DNA from: a virus
Taxonomy: Duplodnaviria > Heunggongvirae > Uroviricota > Caudoviricetes
Length of the DNA: 64,000 nucleotides
Virus record (IMG/VR): IMGVR_UViG_3300028048_000100
Span: 33,214-97,213 of that record
Direction: 5' to 3' (one strand)
This document shows, piece after piece, positions 64,000 to 64,000 of the stretch. How positions within the stretch are numbered: the first letter of the stretch is position 1; the number at the start of each line of letters is the position of its first letter. The position numbers and the translations under genes are program-made. The notes under the pieces are model-generated. The model did not search any database and was not told the origin of the DNA. It saw only the letters and a list, made by a program, of their open reading frames with translations.

Positions 64000-64000
64000 A

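Overview
This 64 kb window is AT-rich phage DNA with no obvious Shine-Dalgarno sequences. That is consistent with a virulent phage of a Bacteroidetes-type host, and no integrase, CRISPR array or IS element was seen. Recognisable modules:
- DNA packaging: large terminase (17203-19191, minus strand).
- Replication: archaeo-eukaryotic primase (AEP) fused to an SF2 helicase, an SSB candidate with a DLPF tail, a T4 RNase H/FEN-like 5'-3' exonuclease, a DnaQ-like 3'-5' exonuclease and a second SF2 helicase.
- Nucleotide metabolism: an NrdG-like radical-SAM activase, a phosphoribosyltransferase, a nucleoside 2-deoxyribosyltransferase and P-loop kinases.
- Transcription: a phage-encoded sigma-70 family factor (48057-49268).
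- RNA genes: a tRNA-Arg(TCT).
- Virion/tail candidates: a DUF285/BspA-like repeat protein, a 1055-aa protein and a gpV-like candidate.
- Other: a membrane/SPFH cluster, a metallophosphoesterase and a RimK-like ATP-grasp fused to a retropepsin-like domain.

The standout feature is a family of about 38 paralogous genes taking up roughly a quarter of the window. They share only a short N-terminal leader, either 'MR[TP]LWEAIQD[DNS]D[DEK]x[VI]L' or the short form 'MIQD[DST]D..[VI]'. Their C-terminal bodies are otherwise unrelated and range from 60 to 301 aa. They sit in translationally coupled tandem arrays (ATGA start/stop overlaps) on both strands: 6551-14739, 15273-15779, 20708-23602, 25219-29365, 38244-38834 and 59873-61943. 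Each array is headed by a recurring bipartite promoter-like motif, ACTAAAGATTTC-N10-GTATATAGATAT (8 copies), which often abuts the ATG.

A second N-terminal motif family (MK[DSG]L..[LI].E) is also present, along with a general M-[RK]-x-L N-terminus on about 18 proteins. In these a (L/I)-x-E tripeptide lies at residues 4-10, which resembles a T4-type prohead-protease or capsid-targeting leader. A further conserved intergenic element, TTGCGATTTAAC-N4-GATCTC, occurs three times.

Every functional call rests on motif recognition by eye; no database search was possible.
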